Of a DNA stretch of 64,000 nt, positions 19,982-29,113 are shown in pieces. The position numbers were made by a program, and so were the translations under genes. Under the pieces are notes generated by a model, which saw only the letters and a list, made by a program, of their open reading frames with translations, was not told the DNA's origin and did no database searches. Position 1 is the first letter of the stretch. Each line of letters opens with the position of its first letter. The DNA comes from a virus (taxonomy: Duplodnaviria; Heunggongvirae; Uroviricota; Caudoviricetes), in IMG/VR virus record IMGVR_UViG_3300023371_000094, one strand, 5' to 3'.

Positions 19982-20666
19982 TATGAGATGCTTCCAGTTG
20001 AAGCACAAAATAATCCTGAGATGTGATGAAAGCAAAGCACAGTATATCCAATACAAAGACGAGCTTTATCGTGCCACTTGGATGCTTCCTGTGAACAACA
20101 CCGCAAACACATATACGATTGTTGAGATCATCGAAATCAACGAAGAAGAGTATAATGCTCTGAAAAATGCCATCGAATCGGGCGAAGAGGTTGAGGTTAC
20201 GCCTCCCAAAGAAGAAGTGGTAACTCCTGTTGAGCCGGAGATTTCTCCTGCTGATAAGGCGACCATCGAATATGTCAGAAGCGCCAAGATCAACGCTATG
20301 AGCGTAGAGTGCAACAAGGCTGTTACTAATGGCTTTGATGTCGTCTTGGCTGACGGATTGGTTCACCACTTTGATTTGACAATCGAAGACCAGTTGAACC
20401 TCATTTCTCTTAAGGAAATGATTGCAGCGGGCGCAACCGAAGTGCCTTACCACGAAAAAGGCTGTCTATGCAAAATGTATAGTGCAGAAGACATTACTAT
20501 CGTTATGGATACGGCTTCGGCTCACAAGACGTATCATCTCACCTATTTCAATTCTCTCAAGAATTACATAATGAATATCAACGAAATCAGCGAGGTAGAC
20601 GGCGTACAGTATGGAATTGAAATTCCTGTGGAGTATTGCTCTGAAATACTGCTTTCAATCGCCTAA
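19923..20666 (+). CDS. Hypothetical protein (alternative start ATG at 19983, directly after the RT-1 stop)
   Basis: ORF overlaps the RT-1 3' end; no recognisable domain; Glu/Val/Pro-rich linker in the middle. Confidence 0.45.
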   Translation: MKFYKMINGENFVGIGTSLDMRCFQLKHKIILRCDESKAQYIQYKDELYRATWMLPVNNTANTYTIVEIIEINEEEYNALKNAIESGEEVEVTPPKEEVVTPVEPEISPADKATIEYVRSAKINAMSVECNKAVTNGFDVVLADGLVHHFDLTIEDQLNLISLKEMIAAGATEVPYHEKGCLCKMYSAEDITIVMDTASAHKTYHLTYFNSLKNYIMNINEISEVDGVQYGIEIPVEYCSEILLSIA

Positions 20667-20674
20667 CAGTAACT

Positions 20675-21100
20675 ATGAAAAACACACTTAAAATGGGTTG
20701 CCTCTTCTTAATCGGAGGGGCAATCTATGTACTTATCGAACTTGTATATAGAGGTTATTCTCACTGGACAATGTTCTTGCTCGGCGGTCTGTGCTTCGTG
20801 CTGATTGGCGGCGTGAACGAATACATTCCGTGGGAAATGCCACTATGGCTACAGGCTGGAATAGGCGCTGTAATCATCACGGTGCTTGAGTTTATATGCG
20901 GGTGCATAGTCAATCTGGCGCTCGGGTGGAATGTCTGGGACTATAGCAACACTCCACTCAACATATTAGGACAGGTATGTTTACCTTTTGCAATCATCTG
21001 GTTTGTGATAGCACACTTCGGGATTGTCTTGGATGACTACTTGCGTTACTGGCTTTTCAAAGAAGAGAAGCCATACTATACATACAAATTTAAACATTAA
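20675..21100 (+). CDS. Small integral membrane protein (4 predicted TM helices)
   Basis: Hydrophobic segments GCLFLIGGAIYVLIELV, MFLLGGLCFVLIGGV, AGIGAVIITVLEFICGCIV, VCLPFAIIWFVIAHFGIVL. Confidence 0.5.
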   Translation: MKNTLKMGCLFLIGGAIYVLIELVYRGYSHWTMFLLGGLCFVLIGGVNEYIPWEMPLWLQAGIGAVIITVLEFICGCIVNLALGWNVWDYSNTPLNILGQVCLPFAIIWFVIAHFGIVLDDYLRYWLFKEEKPYYTYKFKH

Positions 21101-21111
21101 CAGGAGTAGAA

Positions 21112-21525
21112 ATGTCGGTACTTAAAAAGGACAGAGGCGAAAGCGCGGTTCAGTTCTTGGAAACTGCGCGGAATTTAGAAATATTCACCCTCAGAACTTG
21201 TGCCAAATTTCCAAAGCGTTATACATTTTTAATTACTGCTGAGATAGCTCAGCTATCCAGAAGCATTTACAACAATGTAAAGTCTGCGAATAGCATATTT
21301 CCTACAAATCAATCAGAGGTGCAAATGCGCCGCAACTTCTTTACGAAGGCAAACTGCGATCTTCAATGTCTGGTATCCCAACTGGACGTTGCGAAGGTTA
21401 TGTTCGGAGAAGAGGTCAAGGTGGGAACTTGGTGCCAATGGATGGATTTGATAGAGGAAGAAGCAAAGCTAATTTCAGCTATCAAGAAAATAGATAAAGA
21501 ACGCTATAAGGGCTTACCTCTTTAA
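21112..21525 (+). CDS. avd: Avd-like accessory variability determinant of DGR-2 (137 aa)
   Basis: Typical Avd size; immediately upstream of the TR-like segment and RT-2; N-terminus homologous to the avd-1 product. Confidence 0.6.
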   Translation: MSVLKKDRGESAVQFLETARNLEIFTLRTCAKFPKRYTFLITAEIAQLSRSIYNNVKSANSIFPTNQSEVQMRRNFFTKANCDLQCLVSQLDVAKVMFGEEVKVGTWCQWMDLIEEEAKLISAIKKIDKERYKGLPL

Positions 21526-21549
21526 GCGTTCTTTTTATATGGGTTATAA

Positions 21550-21700
21550 GCCGTTTTGTCTTTGTTTTGCGTTCCCCTTACCGTGGTAACAGTAACTACT
21601 TCTGCTACGTGTATGGCGGTGACTTCAATTACAACTACGCCAGCAATCACTACGCTGTCGCCTTCGGATCTTGCACAATATGCCCGACAAAGTAACCTTC
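21550..21700 (+). repeat. Candidate DGR-2 template repeat (TR-2), a diverged homologue of TR-1/VR-1
   Basis: Non-coding between avd-2 and RT-2 (the ORF-track N-terminal extension of 21556..23046 is not real coding). In the VR-like frame it reads RSPYRGNSNYFCYVYGGDFNYNYASNHYAVAFGSCTICPTK*, compared with VR-1 RSPYASNSTHFMLVYGYGG...GVCPCFS. Contains AAC/AAT codons and ends in a stop, as TR-1 does. Confidence 0.55.
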
Positions 21701-21885
21701 AAGGTGAAATCTGTGCGTGTGCAAAAGGGGCATATAACCCTTCCTTCGGGATAAAGAAATACGTTGATGTGGTCTATCGGACGCTTCTTGCATTGCTCGC
21801 GATTGTGGTAGCGAGTTTAATGATAGGTACCACTATGCAGTTATTCCCACAATATTTTACTGTACTGGGTATAAAGGAATTAAAA

Positions 21886-23046
21886 ATGAATAGTAAGGAA
21901 AGACACGAGTTGAGATATCAGCGGCGCAAACAAAAGCGCCTTGAAAAGAAAAAGCGTTATCAGGATTGTTATGATTACGATAAGGTGTTTACGTTCGAGA
22001 ACCTTTATCGTAGTTATGAGAAATGTTGCGCGGGCGTCGGTTGGAAGCCCAGCACGCAACTCTATAAGGCGAATGCCTTGATGAATATAAATCGAACATA
22101 TAAGAGCCTACGAGAAGAAACCTATGCTCCGAGGAAGCTAAATGAATTCGACATCATTGAACGCGGGAAGCAGCGTCACATACAAAGTCCTACGATGAAC
22201 GATAGGATAGTGCAAAGATGCTTTTGCGATTATAGCTTGATGCCGATTATTTGCAGAACAATTATCTATGATAATACCGCCTGCGTCAAAGGACGCGGAT
22301 TGAGTTTTACCATAAAGAGAATGACTCGGCATTTAGAGAAGTATTACAGAGAGCAGGGAAGTAATGAGGGATACGCATTACTCTTTGATTTCTCGCAGTA
22401 TTTTAAGAACATCAGGCACGACGTGGCTCTATCAATACTTGATGAAAAGATACCAGACAAGCGGTTGGTTAGGCTTGCAGAACTTATCATAAAGCAATAT
22501 GGCAATGAAGGGTTGGGGCTCGGTAGCCAAGTGTCGCAATGTTGTGCATTGGCGCTCCCGGACAAGCTCGATCACCTCATCAAAGAGAAGCTAAAGATAA
22601 AGTATTATTGCCGCTATATGGATGATGGTTGCATTATCCACCCCAACAAAGATTATTTGCGTTATTGTCTTCAAGAGATTAAATCCGTATGCAGTGAGCT
22701 TGGAATTATAATCAATGAAAAGAAGACGCAAATTGTAAAGATAAAATCTGGCATCAAGTTCCTTAAAGCTCGCTTTATTCTAACGAAGAGTGGACGAGTC
22801 ATAAGGAAGCCGTATACCAAGAGCGCAACGAAAATGCGCAAGAAGCTCAAAGTATTAAAGCTGAAGCTTGATGCAGGGCTCATAACCTTTGCTGACGTTT
22901 GGACACCATTCCAATCGTGGCTTGGTTATCACAAACAATTTCACGGATACTGGGCAAGACGAAGAGTCTGTTCTTTATTCAATAATTTATTTTACACAGG
23001 AGGAAACACAAATGGATTGGCAAACAGTTTTACTTTCGGCACTTAG
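21886..23046 (+). CDS. DGR reverse transcriptase (RT-2), paralogue of RT-1
   Basis: True start MNSKERHELRYQ with RBS aaaggaattaaaaATG; motifs LGSQVSQ and RYMDDGCII; alignable to RT-1 across its full length. Confidence 0.85.
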   Translation: MNSKERHELRYQRRKQKRLEKKKRYQDCYDYDKVFTFENLYRSYEKCCAGVGWKPSTQLYKANALMNINRTYKSLREETYAPRKLNEFDIIERGKQRHIQSPTMNDRIVQRCFCDYSLMPIICRTIIYDNTACVKGRGLSFTIKRMTRHLEKYYREQGSNEGYALLFDFSQYFKNIRHDVALSILDEKIPDKRLVRLAELIIKQYGNEGLGLGSQVSQCCALALPDKLDHLIKEKLKIKYYCRYMDDGCIIHPNKDYLRYCLQEIKSVCSELGIIINEKKTQIVKIKSGIKFLKARFILTKSGRVIRKPYTKSATKMRKKLKVLKLKLDAGLITFADVWTPFQSWLGYHKQFHGYWARRRVCSLFNNLFYTGGNTNGLANSFTFGT

Positions 23047-23407
23047 TATCGTGTTGACTGCGTTGATAACGTGGGGATCGGAAAGACTGATTTCTTATCT
23101 CAACACAAAAATCACTAACACCAAGTATGCCAACTATCTCACGGACGCGGTGGAAATCGTTACCCGCGCAGTGAAGGCTACATATCAGACATATGTAGAA
23201 GCGTTGAAGGACAAGAATATGTTTACTGAGGAAGCTCAGAAAGAAGCCTTGACTCGCGCAACAACCTTGGCAATGTCGCAGCTATCGCAGGAACTCCAAA
23301 CATTCATTACGACCAATTTTGGCGACCTCGAAGGATGGATTCAGAATGCGATTGAGTCGAGCTTGTACGATCTGAAGAACAAACCGACGGGCGATAAAGC
23401 CAACTAA
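23012..23407 (+). CDS. Holin-like protein (single N-terminal TM plus helical tail; resembles the LL-H holin family)
   Basis: RBS ggaggaaacacaaATG; MDWQTVLLSALSIVLTALITW TM segment followed by a charged amphipathic region; 132 aa. Confidence 0.35.
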   Translation: MDWQTVLLSALSIVLTALITWGSERLISYLNTKITNTKYANYLTDAVEIVTRAVKATYQTYVEALKDKNMFTEEAQKEALTRATTLAMSQLSQELQTFITTNFGDLEGWIQNAIESSLYDLKNKPTGDKAN

Positions 23408-23472
23408 AAAATCGCGCCTGAGCGCGCGGAAATAAAAAAAGCGACCTATGGAATTAACCATAAGTCGCTTAT
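23405..23472. terminator. Bidirectional terminator between the convergent DGR operon (+) and integrase (-)
   Basis: Two hairpins (cgcgcctgagcgcgcg; aagcgacctatgg-aattaa-ccataagtcgctt) flanked by A-runs and T-runs. Confidence 0.65.
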
Positions 23473-23480
23473 TTTTTTGA

Positions 23481-24668
23481 TTATTCGCTTAGTATATCTG
23501 TTAAAGTACTTTGCATTATTGATGCAACCCTACTGATGCTGTCATCCTTGAGGTGGGTGTATATTTTCTCAGTAATACGAGAGTTGGAGTGACCTAAGTA
23601 TTTAGCCATATGGGCATAGTCAATTCCGCGCTCAATGCCGAGTGTGCAGAATGTGTGTCTAAGGTCGTGTATACGGATGTGCTTTAGGTTGTGTTTAGCG
23701 AGGAAACGTGAGAACTTGTTGTTCATCTGGTTCGGGCGCAAGGGAAGTCCCTTTTCGCTGACAATAACATATTCTCCGAGTATTCCTTTTTCTTCTTGCT
23801 GTTTACGATATTCGAGCAAACAATCTTTTAGTAGAGGATCCATTACTAACGCTCTGCGGCTCTTTTTTGTTTTTGGTTCCTTGGTAATAATCTTCCCTTT
23901 GATCGGTGTTCTCACTTGGGCTATATAGATGCGTCCTGTTTCGAAGTCAATGTTATTCCACGTCAACCCCGCAATCTCTCCGCGGCGTAGCCCTTCCCAC
24001 ATTCCCAGATACACAAATGCTTTTAACCTTAAATCCTTGCTTTCGTCTATTAGAGCTAACAGCTCCTTAACTTCCTGCGCGGTATAGGCTGTGCCCTCAA
24101 ACTCTTCGACCGGTAGCTTGCGTATTCTCTCGACTACATTGTCGGTGATATATTCACAGTCCTTTGCGTAGTTAAAAACGGCGCACAGGAATGTTCGGTC
24201 GGAGTTGATGGTTTTTGCTTTAAGCTTTCCTTCTTTTACGAGAGCATCGATGTACTCTTGCACATCAATTTTCTTTACCCGGATTATCTTTTTCTTCCCG
24301 AGTCCACGCGCCACGATTCTCCGTAGGATATTGTAGTAATCCTCTTGAGTGGTAGGGGCGAGGGGTTTGTTTTCAATATAAGCCTTGGCACATTCTTCGA
24401 TAGTGATTTGTGTATTGGTACTGTGTTTGCCAAGATTAGTTCTTTCGTATTCGTGTTTCTTCAGGAGAGCCTCAGCTTCCTTGAGGGTATCACACGTCTT
24501 GAACGTTCTCTGTGGCTTACCAAGTTCGGCGCCGAGGTACAATGTCACGATGTACTTGCCAGTCTTTTTATTACGAGCAATATTCCTCTTAACTGTTTCT
24601 CGTTCGCCTGTTCCTTTTTTACCTTGTTGAGTCCTTGTTAATTCTTTTACGTCTTCATTTTTCGTCAT
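23481..24668 (-). CDS. int: Tyrosine-type phage integrase
   Basis: Catalytic signature GLRRGEIAGL ... HDLRHTFCT ... GHSNSRITEKIYTHL (R-H-R-Y); strong sigma70-type promoter upstream. Confidence 0.9.
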   Translation of the reverse strand: MTKNEDVKELTRTQQGKKGTGERETVKRNIARNKKTGKYIVTLYLGAELGKPQRTFKTCDTLKEAEALLKKHEYERTNLGKHSTNTQITIEECAKAYIENKPLAPTTQEDYYNILRRIVARGLGKKKIIRVKKIDVQEYIDALVKEGKLKAKTINSDRTFLCAVFNYAKDCEYITDNVVERIRKLPVEEFEGTAYTAQEVKELLALIDESKDLRLKAFVYLGMWEGLRRGEIAGLTWNNIDFETGRIYIAQVRTPIKGKIITKEPKTKKSRRALVMDPLLKDCLLEYRKQQEEKGILGEYVIVSEKGLPLRPNQMNNKFSRFLAKHNLKHIRIHDLRHTFCTLGIERGIDYAHMAKYLGHSNSRITEKIYTHLKDDSISRVASIMQSTLTDILSE

Positions 24669-25180
24669 AGCTTCCTTTCCGTGTTTATTTGAGATCCTCT
24701 GCTACATATTATTATACACCATATTTAGACACTTGTCAAGAGTTTTTATGAAATTTCAATTTTGCAACTATTTTTGCAACTCGGGGAATATGGAGAAAAA
24801 GAAAATGAGCTTACAGTCATCAATAAACACTAAATATAGTGTTTTATGACGGCTATAAGCCCATATCTTGGTCATTTTGAAACAGATGACCTTTCTGTTT
24901 TGGTCTGAGTGACAAGACTTGAACACTTGAACCACGGTGTCAAATCGTGTCCTATCATACGAAAACAGGCATAAAACCCTATATTTTCAAATGTTTTAAT
25001 TTACATACGAAACAATCCTACCATAGGACGGAAGCATTTGTTTGCAACTTTTTTGCAACTTTGCAACTATGATTTCTCTGTTGATATGCAGTATGTATAG
25101 TATAACACGCGAGGCGAAAAATTGCAAGACCTCTTTATAAAAAAAGCGCCCCTTTGCTGATGCATTGGAGCGCAAATTTT
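24669..25180. other. Candidate attP / integrase arm region: five TTGCAACT repeats (24762, 24774, 25042, 25053, 25061) and a tRNA 3'-end-like fragment at 24901..24924
   Basis: 512-bp non-coding region next to the int 5' end; minus strand reads GTTCAAGTCTTGTCACTCAGACCA (T-loop, T-stem, acceptor and CCA-like order). Confidence 0.4.
24711..24739 (-). promoter_or_regulatory. Consensus sigma70-type promoter for int (TTGACA, 17-bp spacer, TATAAT on the minus strand)
   Basis: Minus strand reads cTTGACAagtgtctaaatatggtgTATAATaatatg...ggaaaggaagctATG. Confidence 0.6.
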
Positions 25181-25519
25181 TTATTTGTCAAGCTGAATTG
25201 ATCCAAGCTCAAACCAGCTTACTCTGACGGTATCGGAGCTTTCGCTCTTTGTGATTGCCTGTGACATTGAAACGCTGGTGTTGATGAATATCACTGGGAC
25301 GTTGCAGATGATTCTATCTTCAAGGATGTCATAGGTGATTTCTCTTTCGCTGTCAACGAACCCGATTGGGGTACGGTTGTTCCCAAGCACAGGTTTTCCT
25401 TTGGCATATTTCATAGAGTTTCTTACACATTCCTCAGAGAAAACTACGCGCTCTCTATTAGGGACAGTGGGGAAGGTCAGAGGGATTGTAGCTCGGGAAA
25501 TGAAAATGTTTTCATCCAT
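25181..25519 (-). CDS. Hypothetical protein
   Basis: ORF in the minus-strand operon. Confidence 0.4.
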   Translation of the reverse strand: MDENIFISRATIPLTFPTVPNRERVVFSEECVRNSMKYAKGKPVLGNNRTPIGFVDSEREITYDILEDRIICNVPVIFINTSVSMSQAITKSESSDTVRVSWFELGSIQLDK

Positions 25520-25520
25520 A

Positions 25521-25763
25521 TTATTTCCCCTTTCTCATTTCGTCAAAGATGCGGTTCATTTCGTCATCCTTATAGGATGTTTGCCAATGTCGTTGCAGGT
25601 AAATGATGTGCTCGACTTGGCGCGGTGTGAGTAAGTATAAGTGATCTACAACAACCTCTCTCCGCTTGGAACGGTCGGGGTGTCCGCTGCCGCCAAATAG
25701 GCATTGACAATGTTTGAGGTGGTAGTCGCAGATCGGGCATTTTTCTTCGTTAAGTTGTGGCAT
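25521..25763 (-). CDS. Hypothetical small Cys-rich protein (CPICDYHLKHCQC)
   Basis: ORF, translationally coupled to its neighbours. Confidence 0.4.
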   Translation of the reverse strand: MPQLNEEKCPICDYHLKHCQCLFGGSGHPDRSKRREVVVDHLYLLTPRQVEHIIYLQRHWQTSYKDDEMNRIFDEMRKGK

Positions 25764-26055
25764 CGGGTTCGTCCTTTCTGTGGGTAATTGAGATGGTTGT
25801 CATCCCGAGAATGCGGCGAACTCTGCGCTCAACTTCTCTGTCGATAACCTGCCTGATCTGAGCATCGATAGCCTTGTCGATTTGGGGTTGCAAATCTCTC
25901 CCATCCAGAGCAAGGTGAACTGCCTTGGTTATCTTTTCTTCCAAGGCTTCCTTAACGATGCCGGGAAGAGTGCTTCTGTCGATACCGTTATCGGCGAGCA
26001 TTTGCGTTAGGATTTTCCTAAGTTCAATCTGTTCTATGGTCATATTTACCTCCAA
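25750..26055 (-). CDS. Hypothetical protein
   Basis: ORF. Confidence 0.4.
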   Translation of the reverse strand: MEVNMTIEQIELRKILTQMLADNGIDRSTLPGIVKEALEEKITKAVHLALDGRDLQPQIDKAIDAQIRQVIDREVERRVRRILGMTTISITHRKDEPDATT

Positions 26056-26077
26056 AATTTTATATCAAACTCTTCTT

Positions 26078-26497
26078 TTATTTTCTTGTTGTTTCGAAGA
26101 TAAGTTGCTCAAGCTCTTCACGAGATAAGCGATATTCTTCGGGGATGCTATTGAACTTGTTCACAGCTTCCTCAACCTCGGACTTAATTTTTCCGAAACA
26201 TATACATCTCACTAACGTTCCATTGAGCGCGGCTTTGATGCAGGTGCGATACGAGTTACATTTAGCACAATCACACTGGGCGTACTTATCCAAATCCAAT
26301 GTTTCAATGGTGTTAGTTGAACCTGCGGGAGCAGAAGCAATATAAATGCTCAGTTCCTTCGCGTCGCAGATAATTCTAAAACCACTCTTCTCCAACTCTT
26401 CTTTAAGCTGCGAAAAAGTAGTTTCGTCCGCGGGGAAAATTTGCATCCCTGCTTCAATGGGGACAACGCGGACATATTCATATTTATTGTTTTCCAT
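26078..26497 (-). CDS. Hypothetical protein
   Basis: ORF. Confidence 0.4.
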   Translation of the reverse strand: MENNKYEYVRVVPIEAGMQIFPADETTFSQLKEELEKSGFRIICDAKELSIYIASAPAGSTNTIETLDLDKYAQCDCAKCNSYRTCIKAALNGTLVRCICFGKIKSEVEEAVNKFNSIPEEYRLSREELEQLIFETTRK

Positions 26498-26510
26498 ATG
26501 TATTTCCTTT

Positions 26511-26861
26511 TTAGCTTTTTACCTTAAAATAGATGCGTCCGTTTTGTGGGGCGGTGGCGTGGCGCGGTTCTTCAAATGTTAGCTTTATTCCGTCGAAGCG
26601 TTCCTTGACAACTTCCTTGTATCCCACATTATTTTTATCGTCGGCATCACATTCGTAATAAACTTGAATTGCACCGAAGCCAATCTTTTCTCTCAAGAGT
26701 TGTTCGGCTTCCTTTGGTGTCTTTGCGCCAACTCTGTATCTTCCTGCTGTATTCCTCTGGCGCTGAGGTCGGCGGTGGTTGTCCACCAGCACTATATAGT
26801 TCTTGACTGGTTTCATTATGTATTTACAACTCCTTTGATTCTTGCCTTGTCGCAGATACAC
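26511..26861 (-). CDS. Hypothetical protein
   Basis: ORF. Confidence 0.4.
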   Translation of the reverse strand: MYLRQGKNQRSCKYIMKPVKNYIVLVDNHRRPQRQRNTAGRYRVGAKTPKEAEQLLREKIGFGAIQVYYECDADDKNNVGYKEVVKERFDGIKLTFEEPRHATAPQNGRIYFKVKS

Positions 26862-27115
26862 TCTATGCCGTTCATCACGACCGTCCCCATTGGAGTGGCT
26901 TTATAGACGATAGGAGTTCCACCGAAGTAAGCGCAAGCTTTCTTGGCATACATCTCCGCGGAGCGTAAGCTTATCGTAAGAAATACAGAGTCAAGATGTT
27001 TCTTGCGGAAGTCTTCGCGAAGGCGTTGTGTATCTGAAGGTGGAAGCAGAATATCCCCTACTTGGCAAGCTGTTGATGTTCCGTGGTAGTATATCATATT
27101 ACCTCTCGTATGCAC
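26816..27115 (-). CDS. Hypothetical protein
   Basis: ORF. Confidence 0.35.
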   Translation of the reverse strand: MHTRGNMIYYHGTSTACQVGDILLPPSDTQRLREDFRKKHLDSVFLTISLRSAEMYAKKACAYFGGTPIVYKATPMGTVVMNGIECICDKARIKGVVNT

Positions 27116-27455
27116 TGACTTGTCTGCCAGCTATGTATTCGTCTCGGGTTATCTCTTGCGCAGCAAAGACAGACCTCGAATGTTTTACGCCGGGCATCTT
27201 TCTGGCAATTGATGTAGCCATCGTGATGTTCCTTGCTTTTATGTAAAAAATAATATCTCGTGATCTTCCAGCGCCAACGTGACCTCTTGGCACGTTAACG
27301 CGGTAGTATTTTAGTTCTTCATTTGTTTGCATTTACACCTGCCTTATTATTTATAGCATTAAAGCCCGCCCACGCCAACGAGGGCTACGCAGGACGGGCT
27401 TTTAGAGCTTCTGTGACCGTTTACTAACCCCGAAAAGAATGGGGCTTAAACGGGC

Positions 27456-27944
27456 TTATTTTGCCTTCTGCGTGGTGCTTCCGAAACCGCCGTCACGGAC
27501 TCCGCTGGCATCATCGTCATCCATAAGGAAGAAGGGAAGAACGATAGCCTGCGCAAATCCTTCGCCCTTGGCGATGTTGAGGGTTTTGCCCTCGCGTCCG
27601 TCGTTGGTAATCTTAGCCCAGATGTGTCCCTCGTTAGAGGAACCGCAGTAGTCAGAGTCGATAATTCCGATTGTGTTATCGAGCTGAAGACGGAACTTGA
27701 AGCCAAGTCCACTTCTCGGCGCAATAGCCAAGAACTTGTCCCCGTCGAGAATAACGCGAATACCAGTCGGAATTTTGATTGTTTCGCCCGGCGCGAGAGT
27801 GATGTCAAAGGGTGCGTAGAGGTCATATCCAGCACTACCCATCGTTGCACGGGCGGGCTTCTTTAGGTCGTTATAGCTTGTCTGCGGAAACTGTTCGAAG
27901 TCTTTGTTGAACTGTTCCTGCGAGATGATTTCAAATCTGTTCAT
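27456..27944 (-). CDS. dut: dUTP diphosphatase (trimeric dUTPase)
   Basis: Motifs GSAGYDL, RSGLG, GIIDSDY, RDGGFGST; probable start at MNRFEII (27944). Confidence 0.85.
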   Translation of the reverse strand: MNRFEIISQEQFNKDFEQFPQTSYNDLKKPARATMGSAGYDLYAPFDITLAPGETIKIPTGIRVILDGDKFLAIAPRSGLGFKFRLQLDNTIGIIDSDYCGSSNEGHIWAKITNDGREGKTLNIAKGEGFAQAIVLPFFLMDDDDASGVRDGGFGSTTQKAK

Positions 27945-28486
27945 ATGTAATGGTTCATCCTTTCTTTTGTGATGCCGTTTAATATCATTTCTTCCCAAGC
28001 CTTTTCATCTATGTGAGGCTCGCAGTTGATGGCTGGTTGGCTCCATTCAGGCGGAGCAGTGGTTACAACACAGGCATCGAATGGTGTTTCGTAAACGTGT
28101 GGCTGATAGCGCTCTGAGCTGATGTAGTATTTTTCATATAGTTGCATAGTTCCCTCATCGAAAAACGTTCTATCGAAACGATAACCGCGTCCTCTGTATT
28201 CGTATGAGGCGGGTGAATATACTCTTATGTAACTTCCGTTCTTGAAATAGATGGCATCTGCTACAACCTTCTCTACAATTTGCTCCACTGTGTCAACCAG
28301 TTTTTCAAGCAGGTCGAGAAGTGCTCTATACACTATCTTCCGACGCTTTTCATCAGCCGCCACAACCCCGTATCGAATGCCCGGCTCTGCCATTGTTTGT
28401 ACGAGTATTGGCTCTAACAAATAGCGTGGGAACGGATCTCGTTTAATCGTTTGTTGCAATGAATAGTCCACAGTGACATTCACCAC
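27941..28486 (-). CDS. Hypothetical protein
   Basis: ORF, overlaps the dut start (ATGA-type coupling). Confidence 0.45.
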   Translation of the reverse strand: MVNVTVDYSLQQTIKRDPFPRYLLEPILVQTMAEPGIRYGVVAADEKRRKIVYRALLDLLEKLVDTVEQIVEKVVADAIYFKNGSYIRVYSPASYEYRGRGYRFDRTFFDEGTMQLYEKYYISSERYQPHVYETPFDACVVTTAPPEWSQPAINCEPHIDEKAWEEMILNGITKERMNHYI

Positions 28487-28640
28487 TTTCTCCGCGAGCT
28501 ACCTGTTCACGAAACTCTTTGCATTTGCACTTGGTATCTTCGCTCTTGATAAGAGAGCAAGGGCAATAGCCACCGTTCTCTTTAAGTTTGTCAGTTATTT
28601 TTTTGAGTCTTTCTTTGTTATCGGTTAATCTTACCTTCAT
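28443..28640 (-). CDS. Ferredoxin:thioredoxin-reductase (FTR) catalytic-subunit-like small Fe-S redoxin
   Basis: GYCPCSLIKSEDTKCKCKEF...GECHCGLF matches the CPC...CxC...CHC cluster pattern of FTR-like disulfide reductases; the start (MKVRLTDNK) overlaps the nrdG stop (ATGA). Confidence 0.5.
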   Translation of the reverse strand: MKVRLTDNKERLKKITDKLKENGGYCPCSLIKSEDTKCKCKEFREQVARGESGECHCGLFIATND

Positions 28641-29113
28641 TCTGAAATCCTTTCCGCATATTGGTTGTCCGAGGCAAGTTTCACCCCGAGAATGTTGTCC
28701 CAATGCTTGTTTTGATAGGGAACGAAACGTCCCCATTTAACTACGATATTATTAAGCTCTCTGAGCTTGCTGACGTACTCTCTAACCTCGTTGGGATAGT
28801 AACCCGTGTAGATGATTACCAAATCATTCGTGTGCTCTCTGAGGGCTTTTATGAGGCTGTAGAGGTCATCCCAAGAGTCAAACGGTTCAAGCCCACCCAT
28901 AATGATTGCCGAGGTTATATGGTCGTTCATATACGTCTTAACAATCTCATCGATACTTACATCGATGTTTGGTGCGGTGGCGAGGGCGCTGTTTTGGCAA
29001 CAGCAACCCTCGTTTTCTTTTTCGCATTTGAAGCTACAGTGGGGGAAGGCTACGAGCATCGAAGGGAGCCGATAGTCTTGGAACCATTCGCTTTCAATGC
29101 GTTTGACTATCAT
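28637..29113 (-). CDS. nrdG: Anaerobic ribonucleoside-triphosphate reductase activating protein
   Basis: Cys cluster FPHCSFKCEKENEGCCCQN; adjacent to and coupled with nrdD. Confidence 0.75.
   Translation of the reverse strand: MIVKRIESEWFQDYRLPSMLVAFPHCSFKCEKENEGCCCQNSALATAPNIDVSIDEIVKTYMNDHITSAIIMGGLEPFDSWDDLYSLIKALREHTNDLVIIYTGYYPNEVREYVSKLRELNNIVVKWGRFVPYQNKHWDNILGVKLASDNQYAERISE

Noticed and set aside
21556-21885. N-terminal 110-aa extension of the RT-2 ORF in the six-frame track
   Set aside because: RT homology begins at MNSKERHE (21886), which has its own RBS. The upstream part is a low-complexity translation of the non-coding TR-like region.
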